Source of the DNA: an uncultured virus (IMG/VR IMGVR_UViG_3300046808_001087)
Taxonomy: Duplodnaviria; Heunggongvirae; Uroviricota; Caudoviricetes
Reading direction: 5' to 3' (one strand)
DNA: 20,000 nucleotides
Virus record (IMG/VR): IMGVR_UViG_3300046808_001087
In this document: piece after piece, positions 1 to 8,313 of the stretch
How the letters are laid out: each line of letters begins with the position of its first letter
Position numbering within the stretch: position 1 is the first letter of the stretch
The notes under the pieces: generated by a model
Database searches by the model: none
The model's input: the letters and a program-made list of their open reading frames with translations, nothing else
What the model was told of the DNA's origin: nothing
Program-made: the position numbers and the translations under genes

Positions 1-1
1 A

Positions 2-580
2 CTCAATAACTTTGTGGTATCCCTTGTTTGTCTTAATTCCAATCATGAATATACGACCATCTTTAGGTTCCAAAGATGTTGTCTCCAAGTCATACACAAG
101 TCTTGTTACTTGATTATAGTCTTCGAAACCCTTAAATAATCTTTTCTCTTTTGATATGAGGTATTGCTCTACGGGTGGAAGAATTGTAATTTTATCTTTT
201 GTTTTATCACCCCATGGGTCACATCCTCCGTCCCTGAAGAACTGAATTAGTTCTCTATAACCTTTGAGAGATTTAACCATGAAAGTCATTCCTCTCTCTA
301 ATCTTTCATTTCCTGAGGTTTCAAGTTTCTCAATCATAATTCCATATTTGGTCATGGCCTCTTTTTGAGCGGCTTTGGAATCGTTGTAAAACTTGAGACC
401 TTTTAAGTCACCAACCCATGCGAATGGAATGAAAGTGTCTTTTCTGATTTCTTTTCCTTTACCAGGAATTTCTTTGATTTTGTAGATGGAGTTAGACGCG
501 TAATCGAATTCGATTGCAACAATAAATTCTTCGGGGTCGTTTCCGTGCAGAAACGATTCAATTTCTTCGTTAGATATCAT
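2..580 (-). CDS. polB: DNA polymerase family B, N-terminal part (runs off the window's left end)
   Basis: Not in the ORF track; translated by hand from ATG at 580: MISNEEIESFLHGNDPEEFIVAIEFDY...LPPVEQYLISKEKRLFKGFEDYNQVTRLVYDLETTSLEPKDGRIFMIGIKTNKG..., open to the edge. 'EQYLI..RLFKG' followed by ExoI-type 'YDLETT' and 'IFMIG' is typical of PolB N-terminal/3'-5' exonuclease regions. Polymerase motifs lie outside the window. Confidence 0.8.
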   Translation of the reverse strand, partial: MISNEEIESFLHGNDPEEFIVAIEFDYASNSIYKIKEIPGKGKEIRKDTFIPFAWVGDLKGLKFYNDSKAAQKEAMTKYGIMIEKLETSGNERLERGMTFMVKSLKGYRELIQFFRDGGCDPWGDKTKDKITILPPVEQYLISKEKRLFKGFEDYNQVTRLVYDLETTSLEPKDGRIFMIGIKTNKGYHKVIE

Positions 581-590
581 ATTATATTTT

Positions 591-638
591 TTTGGGTGAC
601 TTATTTGCTTCCACTCATAGTGAAGTTTGTCTTCCAAA
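591..638 (-). promoter_or_regulatory. Putative structured 5' leader (irregular hairpin) of polB
   Basis: Minus strand reads TTTGG-aa-GAC-aaa-CTTCACT-atg-AGTGGAAG-caaataa-GTC-ac-CCAAA. These are nested complementary segments ending 10 nt before the polB ATG. Confidence 0.4.
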
Positions 639-640
639 TT

Positions 641-669
641 AAATATAAAAAACTATTTTAACGAATCAA
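641..669 (-). promoter_or_regulatory. Putative promoter for polB (TTGATT-N16-TATATT)
   Basis: Minus strand tTTGATTcgttaaaatagtttttTATATTt resembles sigma70 -35/-10 boxes. The same TTATATTT core occurs upstream of the 14376 operon. AT-richness makes chance matches likely. Confidence 0.4.
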
Positions 670-670
670 A

Positions 671-1048
671 TTAACAACAAGGGTCGATAGCAGAAAAACT
701 GTCTTGGACATTTATATAAATCTCTTCTCTTAAAGGCAGAATTAAATTTCCTTCGTCATTCTTAATTAAAAACTCACCTTTATATCTGCCAACGGTATTA
801 GTATCTCTCGAATTAAATTGGAAATAAATATAATATTCAGGAGGTGCTCCGGCAGGTAGGTATATTGGTACAATGCCACAAGGAGCATCAATTATTTTAG
901 GTATCCCATTTGTTGTGTCTACCATAGAGAAGTATATTGAAGATACTTCTAAATCCTCCATTAGTTGTTGGTACCCAGACCTTCCATCTTTAACGACTTG
1001 CATTTTTAAAATTGGAAGAGATGCATTCTTTTTAATAAAAAATTCCAT
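671..1048 (-). CDS. Probable virion structural protein, BppU N-terminal (baseplate upper protein)-like Ig fold, 125 aa
   Basis: MEFFIKKNASLPILKMQVV...IYFSMVD...YIYFQFNSRDTNTVGRYKGEFLIK...LILP...IYINVQDS matches the phage BppU_N-like pattern (F.IK....P.L / DT...G.Y.GEF.I / ..P....I.I.V). The start was moved from 1102 to the ATG at 1048, which removes the overlap with the upstream gene and follows a TATTTAT motif. Confidence 0.6.
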   Translation of the reverse strand: MEFFIKKNASLPILKMQVVKDGRSGYQQLMEDLEVSSIYFSMVDTTNGIPKIIDAPCGIVPIYLPAGAPPEYYIYFQFNSRDTNTVGRYKGEFLIKNDEGNLILPLREEIYINVQDSFSAIDPCC

Positions 1049-1069
1049 AACAATAAATATATTGTTATG
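1046..1069 (-). promoter_or_regulatory. Perfect 10-bp hairpin pairing an upstream stop codon with the next start codon, containing a TATTTAT motif
   Basis: CATAACAATA (1046-1055) / TATTGTTATG (1060-1069) with a 4-nt loop. The minus-strand RNA reads CAUAACAAUA-UAUU-UAUUGUUAUG. TATTTAT lies at 1053-1059 on the minus strand. Confidence 0.6.
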
Positions 1070-2750
1070 ATTCTTTACGCAACCCCCTATCGTAATGGTC
1101 AAACCTGTCGTGTTCAGTTGGTGTTATTAGTAATAGACCTGGATTCAATTCTCCTTTTTTTGTCAAATCATACATATAACTCATCCACGTCTGTTCGTAA
1201 GGATGTTCCCATTTAGTAACTAAAAACATTTTTTTGTTACCCGGTTTACTAACGATTTGTGGCCAGTTACAATAGTATATTTCCCCTTTGGTATAAGGGA
1301 CTCCTTGATGGCTCAAAATATTATTATATACGGTCTTTGGTGCATCAGGGTCTAATCCTATTTTTGGTAAAGTTTTTTTATTTGGCCAGTAGAGCTCTCT
1401 CTTATCCTGAGGTACATTATACCAAGACCATTGAGTACCGTTATCGCCAAAAAACTCACTGTAATTTAGTTTCAGAAAATCAAAATTTTCTTTTTTTATG
1501 ATATCTAATGATTTCTTATATAGGTTTGGCACAAATCTGTTAAATCCATTTTTACATGGACTTCCTTGGGTAGGGTAAAAAAACATATCATCTTCAAAGA
1601 ACAAATAATAATCTAAATTAGTTGTTTCAAAGTGTTCCGCAATCCACTGTCTGCCTCCACAAATACCGATATTATCCTTTTTTATATGAGTGAATCCATA
1701 TTCATCACATAATTCCTGATATCTTTCGTTTGTCTCTAAATTAGTTGAGTTATTTAAAAGTATCTTAAGTTTAGGTTTCGAGATATAGTCTTCATCATAT
1801 GCAATCATCGATTTTATAAGAGTTTCAAATTGTTTTGGACTATTAAAAGTTATTACATATAAAGCGGTATTATTAGGATTTAGAAGACTTGAGTCATTTA
1901 CTAATTTTTCGGATGTATATTCTTTCAACTCCTCAAAAAATGGCCAAACTAATCCATTACCTGTAAGCTCAAATCTATTGACTAATCTTGAATGTTTATG
2001 TGCTAATATTGTGAAAATACACTCGTCAGCCCCCATTAAACCTTCACGAAGGGAGGATTCGAGTAAATTGTAGTATAAGGCATTAAATTGGTGAACCAAC
2101 TCCTTTTTTCCACCGAAGAACCCACCCCTACAAACGTAGTTTACAAAATCAGTTTCACAATATCGTGCCATAGCCTTTCTCTCGAACCCATGTATTTCAT
2201 CATTTGCGTCGTATGGGTACGATAAAAAAGTAAATTTATCTTCGTGTTTTAGACTATAATTTTCTAAGTTGTCTAAAACTTTGTCGTGTGAAAAGTATCC
2301 CTTATTAACGGTATTGGTTAAACCGCCATCAATCCAAAAAAAATAATCAGTGTCGAAAGGATTTACAACGGCGGAGTCGTTCAGCATAAACATTTTTGTG
2401 AACATCATTGCGTTATAATATTCTAAAGACCCTTGTGGTGATTCAGATAACCATCCGGCAAAATTTTTCCAGCTTGGGTTATTTCTAATTTGTTGTATTT
2501 GAGCAAAAAAGGGATTCCATGTTTCGAAATCCTTAACGTTTTTTATGAAAATCTTAGTCGGTTTTTCTCCTCTAATCCTCAATACATCACCTTCCAATTC
2601 CGAAGGTACCCAGACACACATGGGTATGTCGGTCTCTAACATTTCAAAAAATCTATCTTTGTAGTGCTCAAAATCTCTTTTAGCCCATCCTTGTAGGTCA
2701 CCTCTACCTAAATCCCATAGTCCGGTGACAATAGTTATGTTATTCGTCAT
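1065..2750 (-). CDS. Two-domain glycosyltransferase: HtrL/YibB-family N-terminal domain plus GT2-like (GT-A) C-terminal domain, 561 aa
   Basis: N-terminus: TIVTGLWDLGRG..., KMFMLNDSAVVNPFDTDYFFWIDGG, GGFFGG, ADECIFT (HtrL/YibB-like). C-terminus: LYVITFNSP...NNS...DNIGICGGRQ...YYLFFEDD (GT-A DxD-type motif). Confidence 0.7.
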   Translation of the reverse strand: MTNNITIVTGLWDLGRGDLQGWAKRDFEHYKDRFFEMLETDIPMCVWVPSELEGDVLRIRGEKPTKIFIKNVKDFETWNPFFAQIQQIRNNPSWKNFAGWLSESPQGSLEYYNAMMFTKMFMLNDSAVVNPFDTDYFFWIDGGLTNTVNKGYFSHDKVLDNLENYSLKHEDKFTFLSYPYDANDEIHGFERKAMARYCETDFVNYVCRGGFFGGKKELVHQFNALYYNLLESSLREGLMGADECIFTILAHKHSRLVNRFELTGNGLVWPFFEELKEYTSEKLVNDSSLLNPNNTALYVITFNSPKQFETLIKSMIAYDEDYISKPKLKILLNNSTNLETNERYQELCDEYGFTHIKKDNIGICGGRQWIAEHFETTNLDYYLFFEDDMFFYPTQGSPCKNGFNRFVPNLYKKSLDIIKKENFDFLKLNYSEFFGDNGTQWSWYNVPQDKRELYWPNKKTLPKIGLDPDAPKTVYNNILSHQGVPYTKGEIYYCNWPQIVSKPGNKKMFLVTKWEHPYEQTWMSYMYDLTKKGELNPGLLLITPTEHDRFDHYDRGLRKES

Positions 2751-2787
2751 GAAAAAAAAATAATAGATATTCTGAAAAACCTAAATA

Positions 2788-3756
2788 TTAAAACTCAAAA
2801 TCAATTACACTTCCTTCAATTTCACCAAATATGTAAACATCATCGGGATTGGATTCTGGGTGTAATTCCACAATTACAACTTTGCGATAACCCCAAATAG
2901 GGTCTCCACCTAACAAAGCACTATCTACGTAGAATTTTAATTTAGTACCACCATTATCGTCAACAAATTTCTTAACAATTTCAGTTACATCATTTACAAC
3001 ATTGAGGGGGGTTTCACTATAACCTTCGTTAATTTCAAAAGATGGAGTTCCGTAAGTGGCTCTTTTTATTATTAATTTTTGACCTTTGTATTTAGATAAC
3101 TCGCCCTTATATAGTGAAGGTAATAACTTAGTAAGATAAACAGAAAACCCTACATGATAGAACTCATAGTTCTTGGGGTTTTCTACCCCATAGTTTATCC
3201 AAGCTTCGAATGCCCATCTATCCCACCAAGCTTCTACTTTTTTTGTCTTACGAACATGTTGAGATTTTGTCCACCAGAAATTTCCCCAATACCATCCGCC
3301 ATTACAAGTCAAACCAACAGTATCATAATCATCTAATAAATTAACGCATTCTCTCCATTTATCGATAACAAAATATTCTAAAGCCTCTTTCCAAAGTTTT
3401 ATATTCTCAATTTTTTCGTGTGATATTTGTTTAGTTTTGTAATCTTTCCAATTGTTGCTAACCCCTTTGGTGTGAAAATAAAAAATCTTAGCATCATCAT
3501 AAGATTCCCCAATTTCTTTGACTTTACTTATACCTAAATATTCCGCAAGATTTGACTCAGAAAATTCGAAATTAATTTTTTTATAATCTTTTAAAAATTC
3601 TATTAACTCTTCTTCCGGAGTTTCGTCCTTGTTCACAGTCATATAAAAAAGGTCACATGCGTCATACAACCCAAATTCTACAACTCTACTAATCTGTTCT
3701 TTGACAACTTCCTTCCAATTGTTAACTAAATAAGCGTGGTATACTATAACTATCAT
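2788..3756 (-). CDS. Putative glycosyltransferase-like protein with a C-terminal SUEL/Gal-lectin-like domain, 322 aa
   Basis: N-terminus has YH...W.....EQ, FYFHTKGVS, WYWGNFWWTKS and RW.FE.W, motifs I recognise from viral glycan-cluster proteins. C-terminus has IIKRATYG...DVTEIVKK...GGDPIWGYRKVVIVE, resembling the SUEL lectin pattern A.YG...GDP..G..K.L.V. Confidence 0.5.
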   Translation of the reverse strand: MIVIVYHAYLVNNWKEVVKEQISRVVEFGLYDACDLFYMTVNKDETPEEELIEFLKDYKKINFEFSESNLAEYLGISKVKEIGESYDDAKIFYFHTKGVSNNWKDYKTKQISHEKIENIKLWKEALEYFVIDKWRECVNLLDDYDTVGLTCNGGWYWGNFWWTKSQHVRKTKKVEAWWDRWAFEAWINYGVENPKNYEFYHVGFSVYLTKLLPSLYKGELSKYKGQKLIIKRATYGTPSFEINEGYSETPLNVVNDVTEIVKKFVDDNGGTKLKFYVDSALLGGDPIWGYRKVVIVELHPESNPDDVYIFGEIEGSVIDFEF

Positions 3757-3791
3757 AATAAAATGGTCTCCCTATAGTAATTATTATCACT

Positions 3792-5138
3792 TTATTTTTT
3801 TGTTATTATAGAAGTGAAACTCCAATGAGGTTGTAATTTGTAAATACGACAAGATTCGATAGTTTCCTCTAAATACTTAGACTCTTCTTCGGTTAGAAAA
3901 TCAGACACTATTTTACCGGTTCTATTGAATTCTTCCAACATATCTAAAGTTGTGGTCTGACCTTGCTTACCCCATATTGAATTTGGGTCATTTGCAACAC
4001 TAACACTTGTATGTAAATCTTCTAAAACAAAGATTCCTCCACTTCTGATACTTTTGAAAACTTTACCAAGAACAATTTGTTGGTCCTTCATAGTATGTGT
4101 CCCGTCGTCTATAAATAAGTCTATATCAATATTTTCATTTGCAAATTTAATTAATTCTTCATCTGAATTATGACCTATTGTAAATTGTAATAATTTTACT
4201 CTACTATAATCATCAATATCTGCCCTATCTAATTGACAGTCTATTCCAATAATTTCAGAGTTGATAAAAAATTCTCTCCATATATTAATTGATTGTCCCT
4301 CGTGCACACCCAACTCAACTACTTTTTTCGCAGTCAATCTAATTTTTTCAAATTCTGTTTGATATATGGTATCGAAATAATTATGGCCAAAATGTTTATC
4401 CGTATAATACTTCTCGGCCAAACTACTTAGTTTGGTTTTATCATATTCAGTTTGTATATTGAATATATTATTATAAATTTTATCGATTGTCCTATTTTTT
4501 AATTGGTTGTATGCATACGCATGAAAAATAAAATTATTATCATTATATCTCATCCAATTAAAACTTCTGTTTGAAATTATTTTCATTTTAGCCCCAAATT
4601 CTTCTTTGTCCTTATAAAGGTGTGTCAAAGCAGTTTGGTCCATCCATAATCTATGGGTATAAAAACCTTCCACATTTAAATCATGTTCACCAACCTCAGG
4701 TCTTAATGTACAATCAATAGGTCTGAGTTTGGTGCGACAAAGCTCCCACTCTTTTAAAAATTTGATTGTCCATTCACAGTTCTTGATTAGAAAAACGCCT
4801 GCATTCATTAAACTGTGAGTACTTTCATCTCTGGCGGCAATAAAATTATATTCCTCGTCAATAAACTCTTCTACCCTCATATTAGTGTCTGAAATAATTG
4901 CATCGGTATCTAAAAAAAGAATATAATCCGGTGAAAATTTTTCAATAACATCAAGCATAAGTTTAGGTTTATACCAAGTCGGTGCCGCCCCTTTTAAATA
5001 ATCGAGAATATAAGTGTCCGATTTTTCACAATAATACCCATAACCATTTTCGTTTGCGTATTTTTCATTTATTTTTTCTGCAAATGGGCCAAGAGTTAAA
5101 TTACTCGTATAGTACTGTACGATGTGTATTTTTTTCAT
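3792..5138 (-). CDS. GT34 (GMA12/MNN10)-like glycosyltransferase fused to a class I SAM-dependent sugar O-methyltransferase, 448 aa
   Basis: GT part: PTWYKPKLM, ILFLDTDAII (DxD), MNAGVFLIKN..W...FL..W, MDQTAL. MTase part: TDKHFGHNY, VELGVHEGQS..IWREFF, IIGID, LFIDDGTH, GGIFVLEDLHTS (MycE/ElmMI/SpnI-type sugar O-methyltransferase motifs). Confidence 0.8.
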   Translation of the reverse strand: MKKIHIVQYYTSNLTLGPFAEKINEKYANENGYGYYCEKSDTYILDYLKGAAPTWYKPKLMLDVIEKFSPDYILFLDTDAIISDTNMRVEEFIDEEYNFIAARDESTHSLMNAGVFLIKNCEWTIKFLKEWELCRTKLRPIDCTLRPEVGEHDLNVEGFYTHRLWMDQTALTHLYKDKEEFGAKMKIISNRSFNWMRYNDNNFIFHAYAYNQLKNRTIDKIYNNIFNIQTEYDKTKLSSLAEKYYTDKHFGHNYFDTIYQTEFEKIRLTAKKVVELGVHEGQSINIWREFFINSEIIGIDCQLDRADIDDYSRVKLLQFTIGHNSDEELIKFANENIDIDLFIDDGTHTMKDQQIVLGKVFKSIRSGGIFVLEDLHTSVSVANDPNSIWGKQGQTTTLDMLEEFNRTGKIVSDFLTEEESKYLEETIESCRIYKLQPHWSFTSIITKK

Positions 5139-6310
5139 TTTATAATTTTTATTATTGTGCCAATTTCATTTTGTGAAATATATTCAGCATTAATATATTC
5201 ATTAAAATTGACATTATTGAAAATTTCATAATTAACTACCAACTTTTTTACCGCTTCTAAAGTAAAATCATATGAAGATTTATTAATAATTAAATCATTT
5301 TCACTTTTGAAACACAAATTAAGTTGACCGTTTTCTGTTATCTTTTTATATAGGTTACTTATAGCATTATCTATTTTTGTGGGAGATGGGTTGTCTATTT
5401 CGAATAGACACAAATTTTGTATTGTTTCATCACCATAAGTTATTGTTCTATCATATACATCAGAAATACTTCTTGCGTAGTTACCATAATATTCCCAGTT
5501 ATTAATATCTCTATCCAATCCATACCATAGCCCCGTTTTTCCATCTGTACCACTAACCCTGTTAGTGCTTAATTCCATACCTGAATTCAATCTGTAATTT
5601 AAAATAACTTTTCTACTTACCTTCGAACCGTTGTAATAATTACTAATTATAAAATCACAATAATACATTCGTTTACCCGTTGAATAATGTATTGTAAGAT
5701 TTTTTTCTCCCAAATTATAGAATGAGGACATGACATCTATCGACCCAAACCTAGATTGGTATTTTTGTGAAAAATGTGAGAAAATGGTCATATCTTCTAA
5801 ATGATTGGTTTCATCATTTATATTTAAAATTTCTTCACATATTTTTTTACTGAAGAACATACCTCCTCCCCCTCCGTGACCAGAAGTTATTATATCATGT
5901 TGTGATATGTAATCATAATAATTTTCTAATATAAAAGAATTAACGTAAGTACCATCATCAACCCTAAGAACGTAATCGAATTCTCTATTTTCCAATAACC
6001 ATCTTAATGCCCCTTGAAGTTTCTTAACCATATTTGATGGTTTTTTTTGTTGGTGTAGATAAAAGTAGTCATAGGTGTCAGTTTCTTTCAGATGCAAAAT
6101 TTGATTTTTTTCATCGAAAGAGACTTCGTCATTATCTCCATCAAAGAAAATAACTTCAACCCCTTTTTCCTTAAGTCTTGGCACCCACGTATCCATACAC
6201 GGTAATTTCCTTGTCAAGTCAGCCCTATCACTTTGGATTGGGTCAAATGGGATATAAAGTCTTTCAGACTTGTATGTTTTAGAGGTGTAAGCTAATACAA
6301 TTAATTTCAT
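5135..6310 (-). CDS. GT31 (beta-1,3-galactosyltransferase/Fringe)-like glycosyltransferase with an unassigned C-terminal domain, 391 aa
   Basis: KKLQGALRWLLENREFDYVLRVDDGTYVN, GGGGMFFSKK and HLEDMTI correspond to the GT31 K..../DDD.Y/GG.G..S/ED motifs. ATGA overlaps with both neighbours. Confidence 0.65.
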   Translation of the reverse strand: MKLIVLAYTSKTYKSERLYIPFDPIQSDRADLTRKLPCMDTWVPRLKEKGVEVIFFDGDNDEVSFDEKNQILHLKETDTYDYFYLHQQKKPSNMVKKLQGALRWLLENREFDYVLRVDDGTYVNSFILENYYDYISQHDIITSGHGGGGGMFFSKKICEEILNINDETNHLEDMTIFSHFSQKYQSRFGSIDVMSSFYNLGEKNLTIHYSTGKRMYYCDFIISNYYNGSKVSRKVILNYRLNSGMELSTNRVSGTDGKTGLWYGLDRDINNWEYYGNYARSISDVYDRTITYGDETIQNLCLFEIDNPSPTKIDNAISNLYKKITENGQLNLCFKSENDLIINKSSYDFTLEAVKKLVVNYEIFNNVNFNEYINAEYISQNEIGTIIKIIK

Positions 6311-6984
6311 TTGCTATAGTATTTTTGGATGATTTTATATGGATTCATAGTAACATTTTTGTTTTTCAAATCATCAAAATGATTTTTGATATCACTAATA
6401 TATACTATATTTTGAACGTTTTGTGTCACCTCCACGTTATAATTTTTTATATTATTTATTTCAATCAAATATTGAACAATATCAAATACTTTAATTTTAT
6501 TTTCCAAACTTGCATTGATTGTGCCGACAATTTTGTTATTTAAGCAGCACTCAACAATTTTTGGTAAATCATCAACATCTAACAAGTCTCGATACGTATC
6601 CAAATTTAGACGTATTGTTTTATTTTCTAAAAGTGAATTATAAAAAAAGGGCAACAGTTGGTTTTGACTTTTAGTTTCACCTACAATGTTTGGTAATCTG
6701 AGTATTAGAAAATTATCCGATTTATTTTGAATATACGACTCAATAAATAATTTATGCTTTATATATTCTGTATAATCATAACGTAACACACTTAATGTGC
6801 TAAAATATACAAAAAGACTACCTTTGTTTTCGTCCAAAGTTTTTTTCAATAATTCATACTCTTTGACGTACTTTGTTGTGTCAAATTCATTTGAATTTGA
6901 GACTCCACTAGCAAAGACACAAACAGATTCTAAATTATATTTTTTGAACGATTGTGCAATCATTCCATCACCAATAACTTTCAT
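6307..6984 (-). CDS. NAD-dependent epimerase/dehydratase (extended SDR family), 225 aa
   Basis: VIGDGMIA (GxGxxA), FASGVSNS, VYFSTLSV, YIKHK (YxxxK), ILRLPNIVG, RDLLDVDD. Confidence 0.8.
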   Translation of the reverse strand: MKVIGDGMIAQSFKKYNLESVCVFASGVSNSNEFDTTKYVKEYELLKKTLDENKGSLFVYFSTLSVLRYDYTEYIKHKLFIESYIQNKSDNFLILRLPNIVGETKSQNQLLPFFYNSLLENKTIRLNLDTYRDLLDVDDLPKIVECCLNNKIVGTINASLENKIKVFDIVQYLIEINNIKNYNVEVTQNVQNIVYISDIKNHFDDLKNKNVTMNPYKIIQKYYSK

Positions 6985-6987
6985 GAC

Positions 6988-8238
6988 TTATGATAAATTT
7001 CCAACAATTCTTTCACACCATCCCTTCGATGTGCTATATGGCCAAACAACCCAATACTTTGGAAATTCTTGTGTTGGAAATTCTCTCCATACTTTACAGT
7101 ATCCATCGGGGTCTCTCATAAAACCTGCAATCTCGTTTTTGTCAGCATCCTTTCTGAAAATAGTTTCATCCTTATCATTGTGGAATGCAACTACCCAAAA
7201 GTCATAATCGGTTTCAGGAACCTGAGAATATCCAATATCAATGCAATGTTTGAATATCTTTGTGAAATCTTTTTTCCATTCTTCTTCATTACTATAATTG
7301 TACGGATTAGGAGGATAATTTTTATCAAGTGTGTATTTTTGTATTGAGCGTTGCTCGAACAATATACCAGAGTATTTTTCATAGTCTCGCAAAGTTCTCA
7401 CAGGACCAAATCCAAATTCACCATCGTGACCTTCTTGTATTTCACCATCCATACCAAATAATTTCCTATTTAACAAATGGCAATGCTGATTTTTCTTTAC
7501 CCATTCTTTATCATCATCCCATTGTTTAGTTCTACCTTTTCTTGTATATTCATGATAAACAACTGGTATGTGAGGATGGAACAAATCATAACCCCATGTA
7601 TAAGCTCTAGCTGCGATAGATATTTCTTCACCATGGAAATAATATTCAGGGTTGTGTTGAACTTCTTTGGCAAATTCACCTAAAGTAAAACAGAAATGTG
7701 CAGAGTAGAATCTTGATGTTACAGGTTTTGTCATTTCCCTCCATCCTGGAATTGTTTCAGGTAAAAAGAAGATGGCGCCTTCAGGAATAAATCTATCAAA
7801 AACCATTCTCCACGCATCTGTAGCCCTTCCTGCTGGGTCATTGTCAGGGTCAAAGGAAGGTACGTAGCCCGTAAGTAGAGGTTTTTTATACCCATCCTTT
7901 TGAAGACCCTTAATCATTTTTATCAAAATATCATCCCAATCCTTAACGAATCTCATGTGAGAATCAATCTGCAATGTGTATTTTTCTCCCTGATAAAGTT
8001 GTTGAACTAAGTGTCTCGCCCAACAAACCCCTTGAGCTTCTTGGTAAGGGATATCCAAGATTCTGAATCTTTCGTCATCTCTCCACTCATCTAAATTGTC
8101 GAACCCATCGGATTCTGAATATTGTCTAGCAATACCAAAAACAAGATTTTTTGGTTTCTTGGCATTTGCTAACATGTCTTTTATTGTGAGTACAAGTTGT
8201 GGGTCTCTGTATGACGCAATTTGAACAAAAATTTTCAT
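6988..8238 (-). CDS. GT60-like polypeptide alpha-GlcNAc transferase (Skp1-hydroxyproline GlcNAcT / 'GlcNAc' family), 416 aa
   Basis: IFVQIASYRDPQL..TI, LVFGIARQ, EAQGVCWARH..QQLYQGEKYTLQIDSHMRFVKDWD, FYSAHFCF and FHGEEISIAARAYTWGYDLFHP..PVVYHEY match the signature motifs of GT60. Confidence 0.85.
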   Translation of the reverse strand: MKIFVQIASYRDPQLVLTIKDMLANAKKPKNLVFGIARQYSESDGFDNLDEWRDDERFRILDIPYQEAQGVCWARHLVQQLYQGEKYTLQIDSHMRFVKDWDDILIKMIKGLQKDGYKKPLLTGYVPSFDPDNDPAGRATDAWRMVFDRFIPEGAIFFLPETIPGWREMTKPVTSRFYSAHFCFTLGEFAKEVQHNPEYYFHGEEISIAARAYTWGYDLFHPHIPVVYHEYTRKGRTKQWDDDKEWVKKNQHCHLLNRKLFGMDGEIQEGHDGEFGFGPVRTLRDYEKYSGILFEQRSIQKYTLDKNYPPNPYNYSNEEEWKKDFTKIFKHCIDIGYSQVPETDYDFWVVAFHNDKDETIFRKDADKNEIAGFMRDPDGYCKVWREFPTQEFPKYWVVWPYSTSKGWCERIVGNLS

Positions 8239-8262
8239 TTTATAATATTTTATAGGAAAAAT

Positions 8263-8290
8263 AAAAAACCCTCAACGAAAGTAGAGGGTT
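8263..8290 (-). terminator. Rho-independent terminator after the 1151-aa gene
   Basis: Minus strand AACCCTC-tactttcgtt-GAGGGTT followed by a T run. Arms are at 8284-8290 and 8267-8273. Confidence 0.75.
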
Positions 8291-8313
8291 AAATTTATTT
8301 ATTTTAGTTTTTT

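Noticed and set aside
1049..1102. N-terminal 18 aa of the 143-aa ORF in the track
   Set aside because: It overlaps the 561-aa gene. The ATG at 1048 gives a typical MEFFIK start right after the TATTTAT motif.
3764..3789. Vector contamination or a functional T7 promoter
   Set aside because: The essential CGACTC core is absent, and the flanks are continuous native gene ends with no polylinker. It is kept only as a low-interest curiosity.
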